DNA from: an uncultured Thermoprotei archaeon
GTDB lineage: Archaea; Thermoproteota; Thermoprotei; Thermofilales; B15-G2
DNA: 64,000 bases
Assembly: GCA_965367815.1 (NCBI GenBank)
Contig: CBDUKN010000007.1
Coordinates: 1 to 64,000, forward strand
Reading direction: 5' to 3'
Numbering within the stretch: the stretch's first letter is position 1; each line of letters starts with the position of its first letter. Both the position numbers and the translations under genes were made by a program. Shown here piece by piece: positions 40,873 to 49,067 of this stretch. The notes beneath the pieces are model-generated. The model made no database searches. It had not been told where the DNA came from and saw only the letters and a list, made by a program, of their open reading frames with translations.

Positions 40873-40946
40873 GGTACTTATTACTCATGACAAAATAAAA
40901 ACTACTTATGGTTATAGATTTATACTTGAGGGTTAAACATTATTCT

Positions 40947-42218
40947 GTGTCCGAAAAACCAGCAATATTGGGTGGAAAGCCCGTAAGAGAAAAAGGCCTT
41001 GTAGACTGGCCTATAATAACTGAAGAAGAATATGAGGCTGTTAAAAGAGTTTTGAAGAGGAAAAAGCTTTTCGCAAGCATGTATGAGGGCTATGAAGTAC
41101 CTGCTTTTGAAGAAGAGTTCGCTAAAGTAATGGACGTGAAATACGCTATCGCTTGTAGCTCCGGCACAGCCGCACTCGATATTGCTATAAAGGCCTTAGA
41201 TATAGGACCTGGAGATGAAGTAATAACTACTCCCTACACGTTTATCGCTTCCGCTACCTGTGTTTTACACAACTGCGCTATACCTATTTTCGCTGACGTA
41301 GATCTCAAAACAAGAAACATCGATCCATGTGAAATAGAGAAGAAGGTCACTGATAGAACTAAGGCAATTATAGTAGTGCACTTAGCAGGTCATCCATGTG
41401 AAATGGATGAAATTATGCGTATTGCCGAAGAGCATGGACTTTATGTTATTGAAGACTGTGCACAAGCCCATTTAGCGGAGTATAAAGGAAAGAAAGTAGG
41501 CGGAATAGGACACATAGGTATTTTTAGTTTCCAGCAGTCGAAAAACATGACTGCTGGCGAAGGAGGAATGATCACTACAAATGACCCAGAGCTTGCCGAG
41601 AAGTGCAGGTCTCTTAGAGAGCACGGTAGACGTAGAGATAAGCCTTGGTACTATCACGCAGAGCTAGGCTGGAACTACCGTATGACTGAAATGCAGGCAG
41701 CGATTTTAAGAGTACAGCTCAAGAGGCTACCTAAAATAACTGAAGAGCGTAGAAGAAATGCTGAGTATTTGTCAAAGTTAATAAAAGAAGAGCTTGAGGG
41801 AGTAGTAGAGCCTCCTTATGTTGCTCCATATGTTAAACACGCGTGGCATCTCTATCCAATATACTATCATCTCAAAAAAGTAGGTTTGTCTAAGGCAGAA
41901 TTCTGTAAGGCAGTACAGGCAGAGAACGTCGAGTTATATGAAGGATACGCTTGGCCAGTGTACGAGAACCCTATATTCAGAGAACACAGAGCAAGACCTA
42001 GAGGATGCCCGTACACTTGTCCATTCTATGGTAAGAAGGTAGAATATCCTAAAGGACTGTGCCCGAATGCAGAGAAACTATGTTATGAAACAGGCTTGTG
42101 GCTACCTGGCTCAGCGCTAAATAATCCACAGGAAGAAATGGATACAGTAGTTAAGGCAATTAAAAAAGTAGTTAGGCATGCCTCCAAGATAAAAGACTAT
42201 TTCTCTAAGAAGAAGTAG
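40947..42218 (+). CDS. DegT/DnrJ/EryC1/StrS PLP-dependent sugar aminotransferase
   Basis: SSGTAAL, PGDEVIT, EDCAQAH, FSFQQSK, GEGG, GWNYRM; GTG 40947 is the likely start. Confidence 0.93.
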   Translation: MSEKPAILGGKPVREKGLVDWPIITEEEYEAVKRVLKRKKLFASMYEGYEVPAFEEEFAKVMDVKYAIACSSGTAALDIAIKALDIGPGDEVITTPYTFIASATCVLHNCAIPIFADVDLKTRNIDPCEIEKKVTDRTKAIIVVHLAGHPCEMDEIMRIAEEHGLYVIEDCAQAHLAEYKGKKVGGIGHIGIFSFQQSKNMTAGEGGMITTNDPELAEKCRSLREHGRRRDKPWYYHAELGWNYRMTEMQAAILRVQLKRLPKITEERRRNAEYLSKLIKEELEGVVEPPYVAPYVKHAWHLYPIYYHLKKVGLSKAEFCKAVQAENVELYEGYAWPVYENPIFREHRARPRGCPYTCPFYGKKVEYPKGLCPNAEKLCYETGLWLPGSALNNPQEEMDTVVKAIKKVVRHASKIKDYFSKKK

Positions 42219-42232
42219 AATTAGCACTGGTA

Positions 42233-42580
42233 TTATTTTCTATAAAATCTTATTTTTATGTCTCTTCTAGTTCTCCTATAAAGTTCAGCCAGTATCATTT
42301 TAAGCTCACTATCAGTTACAGGTATTTTAAGGCGGCCGGCTTGAGCTAACTGAATTAACTGAAGTTCGAGACTTTCTGCGAGCTCGGGCTTAACGAGCTT
42401 CAAGTTAATTAATCTTTGTCTAGCCTCGGGAGTCAATATAGCTCTGAGCATAGCTTCTTTTCGTGCTTCAAACTCTCTTCTAGCTCTCTCTTGCTCCTCT
42501 AGCTCCCTTAATCTGCGCTGATACTCCTGAAGCTTCCTAAGCTTAATAGCTTCTAGCTCTTCATCATACTCTTCGGACAT
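42233..42580 (-). CDS. PDCD5/TFAR19-like DNA-binding protein
   Basis: [33 protein letters not shown]. Confidence 0.92.
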   Translation of the reverse strand: MSEEYDEELEAIKLRKLQEYQRRLRELEEQERARREFEARKEAMLRAILTPEARQRLINLKLVKPELAESLELQLIQLAQAGRLKIPVTDSELKMILAELYRRTRRDIKIRFYRK

Positions 42581-42645
42581 CAATAGTACTAAGCGGTAGT
42601 CTACTAAAATAGTTTTCTATATCTTGTATGCAAATAAGGTCTAGA

Positions 42646-44067
42646 TTAAATAATTTTCATCAATATTCTTCTAAGCTTTAATTCGAGCTCTTTCGCTACT
42701 TCTTTTTCTTCACTAAATATGTTTTCTTTCTCGGGCTGATCTCCTATACTCCAGTCTTTAGGCGGAGGCGGAAGATAGTTCCTATCAAGACTATATAACT
42801 CCGGCTCCACCTTCTCTTGTTCTTTTATGTATCTTGTGCCGAAAGTATAGGGTGTCATTTGCTGAGGCCAAAGATATAGACTATAGTCTTCTGTCCTAAT
42901 GCTCCACGACCGCCCATAGTGTCCTGCTATTGCACAGTCTCTAACATGTTCTTCTTCTCCTAGCAGGACTGGCAGTAGACTTTTGCCTTCATATGAAGGC
43001 TTTACAGTCCATCTGCTTCTTTCTTCAGGTAGCTTAAGTAGGTCCACTATTGTGGGAGCCAAGTCGACTGTCTGAACGAATGTTTTTACTCTTTTCGGCT
43101 TTGCTCCTAGTTCTTCAGGAGGCTTAATCATAAAGACTATTCGCGAAAGCTCTTCGTAGGGCCAGGGCCTCACTTTTCTTATTATACCATGTTCTCCTAG
43201 AGGCTCTCCGTGGTCGCTAATAAGTATTATCAACGAGTTCTCCCATAGTCCTAGCTCCTTTACTTTCTCGAAGAAAATGCCTACCCACTTATCTACTAGC
43301 GTGATTTCGCCCGCATACTGTGCTCTAATGTGCTGTATTTCAGGTAAAGTGAAGTGCTTAATGAATCCGCCGTCTTTTCCTCCTATTGATGGATGAATAA
43401 TAGGTAGGCCGCTGTAGTCAGGAGCATATAGTTCATAGTATTCTTGTGGCGGGTCCCATGGCTCGTGGGGATCGAATGAGTCTAGCCACAAAAAGATTCT
43501 GTCTTTGCGTCCTCTAGCTACTTGTTCTTCAAGCCACTTAATGGCTTCTTTAACTACTTGAGCTACAAAGTGGTCTTCTTCGCTTTTCCAGTGAGCAGTG
43601 TTCTTGAGGTATTGAGTTAAGACATTTCTATCGTGGTCCGTGAGATAGTTCTTAGGACTCCATTTACTTAAATCAACTTTTATATTTGGGTCGACTATAT
43701 AGGGGTCTGCTTCCTGGCCTCTAATCCACTTTACGTAGTCAAATCCTCTCTCGTAGGCCATAGTAGGCTTATGCATGTGGTATGTGTCACTTATAAGTGC
43801 CGTAACATAGCCGCTATCCCACAGGACTTCAGCTAAAGGAACGTCTTCTGGCTCAAGCCTCTGCCAGCCTTTTCTCATTAAAGTATATCTGCCTGTAAAA
43901 AGCGCTGTGCGTACAGGAAGTGTAGGCATTCCTTCAGCGTAGGCTCTATCAAAAACAATACTTTCCTTTGCAAAAGCATCTATATTAGGTGTCTTAATCC
44001 ATGAGTTACCATAGCAACCTAAATGATCTGGCCGCAGGCTATCAAGCATCACAATAATTACGTTCAT
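42646..44067 (-). CDS. Sulfatase-like hydrolase
   Basis: DSLRPDHLGCYG, PTLPVRTALFTG, FDPHEPW, SDHGE. Confidence 0.9.
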   Translation of the reverse strand: MNVIIVMLDSLRPDHLGCYGNSWIKTPNIDAFAKESIVFDRAYAEGMPTLPVRTALFTGRYTLMRKGWQRLEPEDVPLAEVLWDSGYVTALISDTYHMHKPTMAYERGFDYVKWIRGQEADPYIVDPNIKVDLSKWSPKNYLTDHDRNVLTQYLKNTAHWKSEEDHFVAQVVKEAIKWLEEQVARGRKDRIFLWLDSFDPHEPWDPPQEYYELYAPDYSGLPIIHPSIGGKDGGFIKHFTLPEIQHIRAQYAGEITLVDKWVGIFFEKVKELGLWENSLIILISDHGEPLGEHGIIRKVRPWPYEELSRIVFMIKPPEELGAKPKRVKTFVQTVDLAPTIVDLLKLPEERSRWTVKPSYEGKSLLPVLLGEEEHVRDCAIAGHYGRSWSIRTEDYSLYLWPQQMTPYTFGTRYIKEQEKVEPELYSLDRNYLPPPPKDWSIGDQPEKENIFSEEKEVAKELELKLRRILMKII

Positions 44068-44148
44068 ACAAGTGAATACTCAGGTTTTGTAATAAAACAC
44101 TTTGCTGTCAATAAACATAAAAGCAAGTTAAACGTAAATAATCCTGCT

Positions 44149-44512
44149 GTGAGTAAAGTAAGCAAAGAATACATTAAAAGTGTTTTAAAGGAAATACAGG
44201 ATGCTTTAGATGAACTAAAGACTATAACTAAATTTAGTGAATCTGATTTTATGTCTAGTAGAACACTTAGATTTTCAGCTAGATTCTCAATAATACAGAT
44301 AGTAGAAGCTGCATCTGACCTAGGAATAGCAATACTCGAAAAAGACTTTTCGGAGACAGCTGAAAGCTATAGGGAAGTTTTTTCAAAACTAGCTTTGAAA
44401 GGAGTAATTAAATCTGAAACAGCCGAAGAGATGGAAAAAATAGCATCTCTAAGAAACATGATTATTCATAGATACTGGAGAATTGATGATAGGAAAATAT
44501 ATAGAGATGCTA
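44149..44512 (+). pseudogene. HEPN (DUF86/HepT-like) toxin, 5' part, interrupted by the TnpB element
   Basis: ESYREVF, LRNMIIHRY (R-x4-H), ends at RKIYRDA; continuation at ~46691. Confidence 0.85.
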
Positions 44513-44541
44513 TTTCGGGAAACTTTCGAGAGCGGTTATGT

Positions 44542-44724
44542 TTATTGTTTCTTGTTCCACCAATATAGGAGTCGATACGGCACACCTATTAAGCTCTCCT
44601 CTACAACAATGATTACCGTATTTCCCGCCTTACTAATCCACGAGCCAAGCACCTTACCCTCTACCTTAAACTCCTTCGGCAACCTATACTCAAGCCACTC
44701 ATCACTCCCTAAACAAGAACTCAA
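44542..44724 (-). CDS. Possible small cargo ORF inside the element
   Basis: 60 aa ORF with TTG start; no HUH or serine-recombinase motif. Confidence 0.3.
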   Translation of the reverse strand: MSSCLGSDEWLEYRLPKEFKVEGKVLGSWISKAGNTVIIVVEESLIGVPYRLLYWWNKKQ

Positions 44725-44796
44725 AGCCCATAAATCATGAATATAAATACTTAAATTAACATCAAGGTAAAATACTTGGAGAGAGGTGGGGGGAGG

Positions 44797-44858
44797 GTTC
44801 TATTGCTTCTGAGACTAGTATTCCCCCGGCAGGGGGTTTGGTTTAGAAGCAATAGGGC
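44797..44858. repeat. Long subterminal hairpin in the element's left part
   Basis: CTATTGCTTCT (44800-44810) / AGAAGCAATAG (44845-44855) perfect IR with inner CCCCC-ggca-GGGGG. Confidence 0.75.
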
Positions 44859-45015
44859 ATTGGGCAATGAGTTCCGTGTCAGTCACTTACTTCTATTCAT
44901 TCACTAATATACGAGTGAGGAAATAACTATTGCTTAAGCTTTGTCAAGGAAACTAATATACTGTATGGCTATTTATGCAAACAGCTTATATATCTCTGAA
45001 ACAACTATTACTTTA

Positions 45016-45183
45016 GATGACCCACTCTACCTCTAGGGTAGAGTAGCGATGAGGCGAGAGCCCTATGGCTCAGTGAGCCCCACCCCAGGCCCACAGCTAC
45101 TAGAGCTACGTGGGGTGTCTCCCCGGGATAGGGAAGGCAGGTGCCCCCCGCTACCATTCTTTACGGAGCGGTGGGGGTGTCTT
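45016..45183 (+). ncRNA. Structured RNA 5' of tnpB (putative 5' half of a split omega/re RNA plus intron start)
   Basis: TTATATA ~25 nt upstream; hairpins ACTCTACC/GGTAGAGT, K-turn-like GGC-GA-GAGCC/GGCTC-AGT-GA-GCC; 45102-45130 pairs with 46591-46618. Confidence 0.65.
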
Positions 45184-46580
45184 GTGGGGCGAGAGGTAGA
45201 GGTTTTAAGAAGTAATATTTTGAGGATAATAGAGGATGAGAGTTTTTTAGAAGAGCTTAGGAAAGAATTTAAGAAATACTTTGATACTGCAAATAAATTC
45301 ATAGAACAGTATTATCGGGAAAACTGTAGGCTTCCTAGTGTTTTAGAAGTCTATAGAGTTCTTCGTAGAAATAGTGCTTTCAGTGTTATTTCCAGTGAAG
45401 TAGCTAGGAAGGTCCTAGAGGCTTGGAAATCTTATATTGAGCTTAAAAAGCGTGGCTATAAGGTTGAGAAGCCGGAATTTAGGAGGCCTTCAATTATTCT
45501 TCATAATCAGCAATACAGGATTTATGCTAAGAGGGAAAGTGATGGATGGTCAGTTGAGAAAATCGAGGTGAGGCTTAACAGGAAATGGATTTCAATTAAA
45601 GCTAGAGGGAAGCTTAGACGGATTCCAGTATTGGAGAGTGGTCTAGTATTTTACATTAATATTGATAGAAAACTAGTATATTTGAGACGCTACTTAACAG
45701 ACAAATACTTGATTCTAGGAGAATACTGCACTAATAAAAATAAGGCGAGATTTTTCAGAGAAATAATAAGTGGTATTTTGTTTTTAGTGTTTCTTTAAAG
45801 ATTCCAGTGCTTAAGGGGGATGGTGTAGCGGGTGTAGATATTGGTGTAAGGAATCTTATAGCGCTTGTCGGAATTGACGGTGAAGGTGAGGCTTTTTCAC
45901 TGTTGTTTAAGAGTGGTACCTTAAGGGCTTACTGGCTTAAAAACGAGAAGCTTGCTAGACGGAGACAGAAAATCGCTTACAAGTATTTCTGGGGAGCAGC
46001 AAAGTGTGCTGAAGAAGGTAATAGAGAAGAAGAGAAAGAGTTTTTCAGTAAATATGAATTGTATTTGAGGAAAGCAGGAAGGTTTAAGAAGAAGGCTAGG
46101 GAGGTTCGTAGGAAAGCGGTTAATCAGATGTGTCGATTGATTGCAGAGTTTCTTGTAGAGAAAGGTGTTTCAAGGGTGTTTGTTGGTAATTCGGTATGCT
46201 ACTGTGTTAGTAGTGAAGAAGAAGTTAAGAAAGTTTCTAAGTCTACTAGAGAATTACTGCGCAACTTTTTTGCTTCCCGTCAAATCATTAATGCTCTTAA
46301 GCGGCACTGTGAGGTCAGGGGTATTAGAGTAATTGAGGTGAGTGAAGAGAATACTAGTAGTGTTTGTCCTGTGTGTGTTCAGAGGGTTGAGCGTCCTTAT
46401 AGAGGGCTAGTAGTGTGTGAGAAATGTGGACAATTTAACGCGGATTTAAGTGCAGCATATAACATAATGAAGTTTAATAGTAGTGTCGAGTTAAGTGGTA
46501 AAGAGTTAAAAAGACTTCTCAATAATCCTAAAACATTCCTCTACCTTACTAAGGAACAGAAATGGATATCTAAAAATTAA
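45184..46580 (+). pseudogene. tnpB: TnpB RNA-guided endonuclease, split by a single frameshift near 45750
   Basis: AWKSY..LKK..KP N-terminal region; NNKWYF in the downstream frame; RuvC-I AGVDIG, VSEENTS, CPVC/CEKC Zn finger, RuvC-III NADLSAAYNI. Confidence 0.88.
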
Positions 46581-46690
46581 ATCTTTTTTACCCGATAGGG
46601 AGACACCTCACTAGCTCTCTCCGAAGAGGAGGGGTAACCCGCCTGACCCCCAGGCAGGCAATGAAGGGGCAAAAGCCCCCAAGCCGAAAG
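46581..46690 (+). ncRNA. Right-end omega/reRNA scaffold (putative 3' half)
   Basis: GC-rich hairpins directly after the tnpB stop (CTCT/AGAG, GCCTG/CAGGC, GGGGC/GCCCC); TnpB guide RNAs are known to derive from the right end. Confidence 0.7.
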
Positions 46691-46764
46691 AGGGGTCTGG
46701 AGGCATATGTGCAATAGAAAGATTTATGGAAGAGGTAAGAGAATATGTGTCTAAGGACTGTTGA
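46691..46764 (+). pseudogene. HEPN toxin 3' remnant
   Basis: GSGGICAIERFMEEVREYVSKDC* amphipathic helix completing the HEPN fold, overlapping the MNT start. Confidence 0.75.
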
Positions 46765-47207
46765 GGAAAAGAAAAAGTTTACATTCTACAATATTAGCTT
46801 TAATTCTCGGAAAAAATTCTAGATAAAATAGCTCTTATGTTAGAGAAAGAAAAAGAAATAATTTTTGCAGTAATTTATGGCGGATTTATTGATTCAAAAA
46901 TTTTTAGAGATATTGATATAGCAGTTTTCACAGGATATAAAGTGCCGTATGAAGAAATGTGGTCTTATACGGGGTCTCTGGCTAAAAGACTCGAGGAGGT
47001 GGCAAGTATTCCAGTCGATATTAAGATGCTTGATTACGCTCCTCCTTCTTTTAGAGTAGAAATCTTAAAAAAGGTAAAGTTATAGTCGACAAAGAGCCTT
47101 ATATAAGAATCATATTGAAGTGGGCATCATTATGTGAATTAAATGATATTTCAATAAAATGTAATAAAATTAAAAGTATTTTAGGCGAAGAGGTATTAAG
47201 CCCTTAA
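46745..47207 (+). pseudogene. Minimal nucleotidyltransferase (MNT) antitoxin with two frameshifts in A-runs
   Basis: FAVIYGGF...FRDIDIAV, PVDIKMLDYAP; N-terminus (ATG 46745) and C-terminus (GKVIVDKEP...SP*) lie in shifted frames. Confidence 0.75.
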
Positions 47208-47244
47208 GCTAAGTTTTATTTCTAAAAAACGGGAATAAATCTAT

Positions 47245-47769
47245 ATGTCGAGGGTATTTGAAGTTATTAAAGCTAGAAGAAGCATTAGGAGATACGAGCC
47301 TAAGCCTATTCCGCGAGAAGACCTAGAGAAAATATTTGAGGCTGCGAGACTAGCTCCTTCAGCGAAAAATCTTCAGCCCTGGAGATTTGTCGTAATAACT
47401 GACCCTGAAAAGAAAAAGGAGCTAGCTAAAGCCTGCTGGAACCAGATGTTTATAGCTGATGCAGCTGTAATCGTTGTAGCGCTCTCAGATCCTAATTTGT
47501 CTCCAAGGTGGCATGATAAAGACACTATGATAGCTATAGAGCACATGGTGCTTGTTGCAGCTGATTTAGGGTACGGTACATGCTGGATAGGAGCTTTTGA
47601 CGAAAACGAAGTAAAGAAGATAGTTAAGGCTCCTAAGAACCTGAAGGTAGTAGCTGTACTGCCTATCGGTTATCCAGCGGAATCTCCTCCACAGAGACCT
47701 AGGAAGAAGCTTGAGGAAATCTTCTTCTACGAGGAGTACGGAAAGCCGCTAGATTTAAGTAAAATATAG
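47245..47769 (+). CDS. Nitroreductase family protein
   Basis: RRSIRRY, APSAKNLQPW, GYGTCWIG, IGYP. Confidence 0.92.
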   Translation: MSRVFEVIKARRSIRRYEPKPIPREDLEKIFEAARLAPSAKNLQPWRFVVITDPEKKKELAKACWNQMFIADAAVIVVALSDPNLSPRWHDKDTMIAIEHMVLVAADLGYGTCWIGAFDENEVKKIVKAPKNLKVVAVLPIGYPAESPPQRPRKKLEEIFFYEEYGKPLDLSKI

Positions 47770-47825
47770 CTTGCTACGACTTAGTTCACGTAGAAAAAGT
47801 AATTATTTAAAAAATACTGTATTTT

Positions 47826-48895
47826 GTGGCTAAGCTAGCTCTTTTAGGAGGAGAGCCTGTTAGAGACCTGAAGAAGAATCTATATCCTTTTTACCCTAGA
47901 ATTGGTGAAGAAGAAATAGAGGCTGTAGTTGAGGTCATGAAGAGCGGCACTTAAGTTCTCTTAGAGGAGAATATACGCGTAGATTCGAAGAAGAGTTTGC
48001 TAAATATATTGGCGTAAACTACGCAATTGCCTGTAGCTCAGGGTCAGCTGCTCTGCACCTAGCTCTGGCTGCTGTAGGAGTAGGACTTGGAGACGAAGTA
48101 ATAGTTCCTGCATACACTTTCACATCGACTGCTGCAGCAGTATTAATGCAGTGTGCTATACCTATTTTCGCCGACGTCAGCCCCGAGACATATACAATAG
48201 ATGTCGAAGACTTAGAGAAGAAGGTCACTGATAGAACTAAGGCAATTATAGTAGTGCACTTAGCAGGTCATCCATGTGAAATGGATGAAATTATGCGTAT
48301 TGCCGAAGAGCATTCCGAGTTTCTTAAAAAGAAGCCTATTAGTGAAGCATTCAATATGCTTGGACGGAACTACCGCATGACAGAGCAGCAGGCAGCTATA
48401 GGCTTAGTTCAGCTGAAAAAGCTAGATAGAATGAATGAAGCTAGAAGAAAAAAGCCGAAGCGCTGATTAAAGTCTTTGAAAAACATGATTGCTTGGATGC
48501 TCTAAAAGTAAAGCCTTATGTTAAGCATGCATGGCACTTGTTCTTCGGAAAATATTTTGAGGAAAAAACAGGTATATCAAGAGAACTTTTCATCAAGGCG
48601 CTAGCAGGCAGAAGGAGTACCCGCCTACATCGGCTACAAAGAACCGCTATATGCAAGTTCTCTCTATAAGTATAAACTTGCTCGTAAAAGAGGATGTCCA
48701 TTTACTTGCCCATTCTACGGCAAAGAAATAGATTATCCAAGCGGACTCTGTCCTACTGCCGAAGAACTATGTTACAAGAGAGCACTTTGGCTTCCGTGCC
48801 ACTCTGAGCTTAAGAAAGAAGATATTAAAGATATTATAGAAGGCATTGAAAAGGTAGTAAATAATATAAATGAATTAAAACAATTTAATACCTAG
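47826..48895 (+). pseudogene. Second DegT/DnrJ aminotransferase, frameshifted and internally deleted
   Basis: MAKLALLGGEPVR, SSGSAALH, GRNYRMTE, GCPFTCPFYG in shifting frames; PLP-Lys region missing. Confidence 0.85.
48213..48313 (+). repeat. 101-nt exact copy of 41335-41435
   Basis: Base-by-base identity TAGAGAAGAAGGTCACT...GCCGAAGAGCAT. Confidence 0.85.
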
Positions 48896-49067
48896 CCACA
48901 AAGACCCCTAATCATATTCTTATCAAAAAAGCTTTTCGCAGATTACATTGTAGTGTAAACAGAGTGGTTGATTAAGCACGTAAGATTTATATGTATAAAA
49001 GATTCTCTCCTCTAAGGGACCCAGTATTTCCGAAGAAGAAACAATTACGCGGAAAGAAAGTATTATT

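Larger units (their letters stand above)
44513..46690 (+). mobile_element. Non-autonomous TnpB-only (IS200/IS605/IS607 superfamily) element, ~2.18 kb
   Basis: Removing it restores the HEPN frame (RDA|KGSGGICAIERF...); ends TTTCGG...CCGAAAG; no target duplication; contains tnpB and GC-rich hairpins; no transposase ORF. Confidence 0.85.

Noticed and set aside
44023-44148. Extended HEPN N-terminus, and ORF 44483-44740
   Set aside because: The first overlaps the divergent sulfatase start and promoter; the second straddles the insertion junction
45049-45183. N-terminal 45 aa of the 45049-45798 ORF and the antisense ORF 45063-45302
   Set aside because: Pro/Gly/Arg-rich translation of a hairpin-rich RNA; GTG 45184 with an upstream GGGGGTG is the better start
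45621-45808. 9-bp direct repeat GATTCCAGT flanking 170 bp inside tnpB (possible nested insertion)
   Set aside because: The enclosed segment contains the expected KWYF strand of TnpB, so it is not foreign
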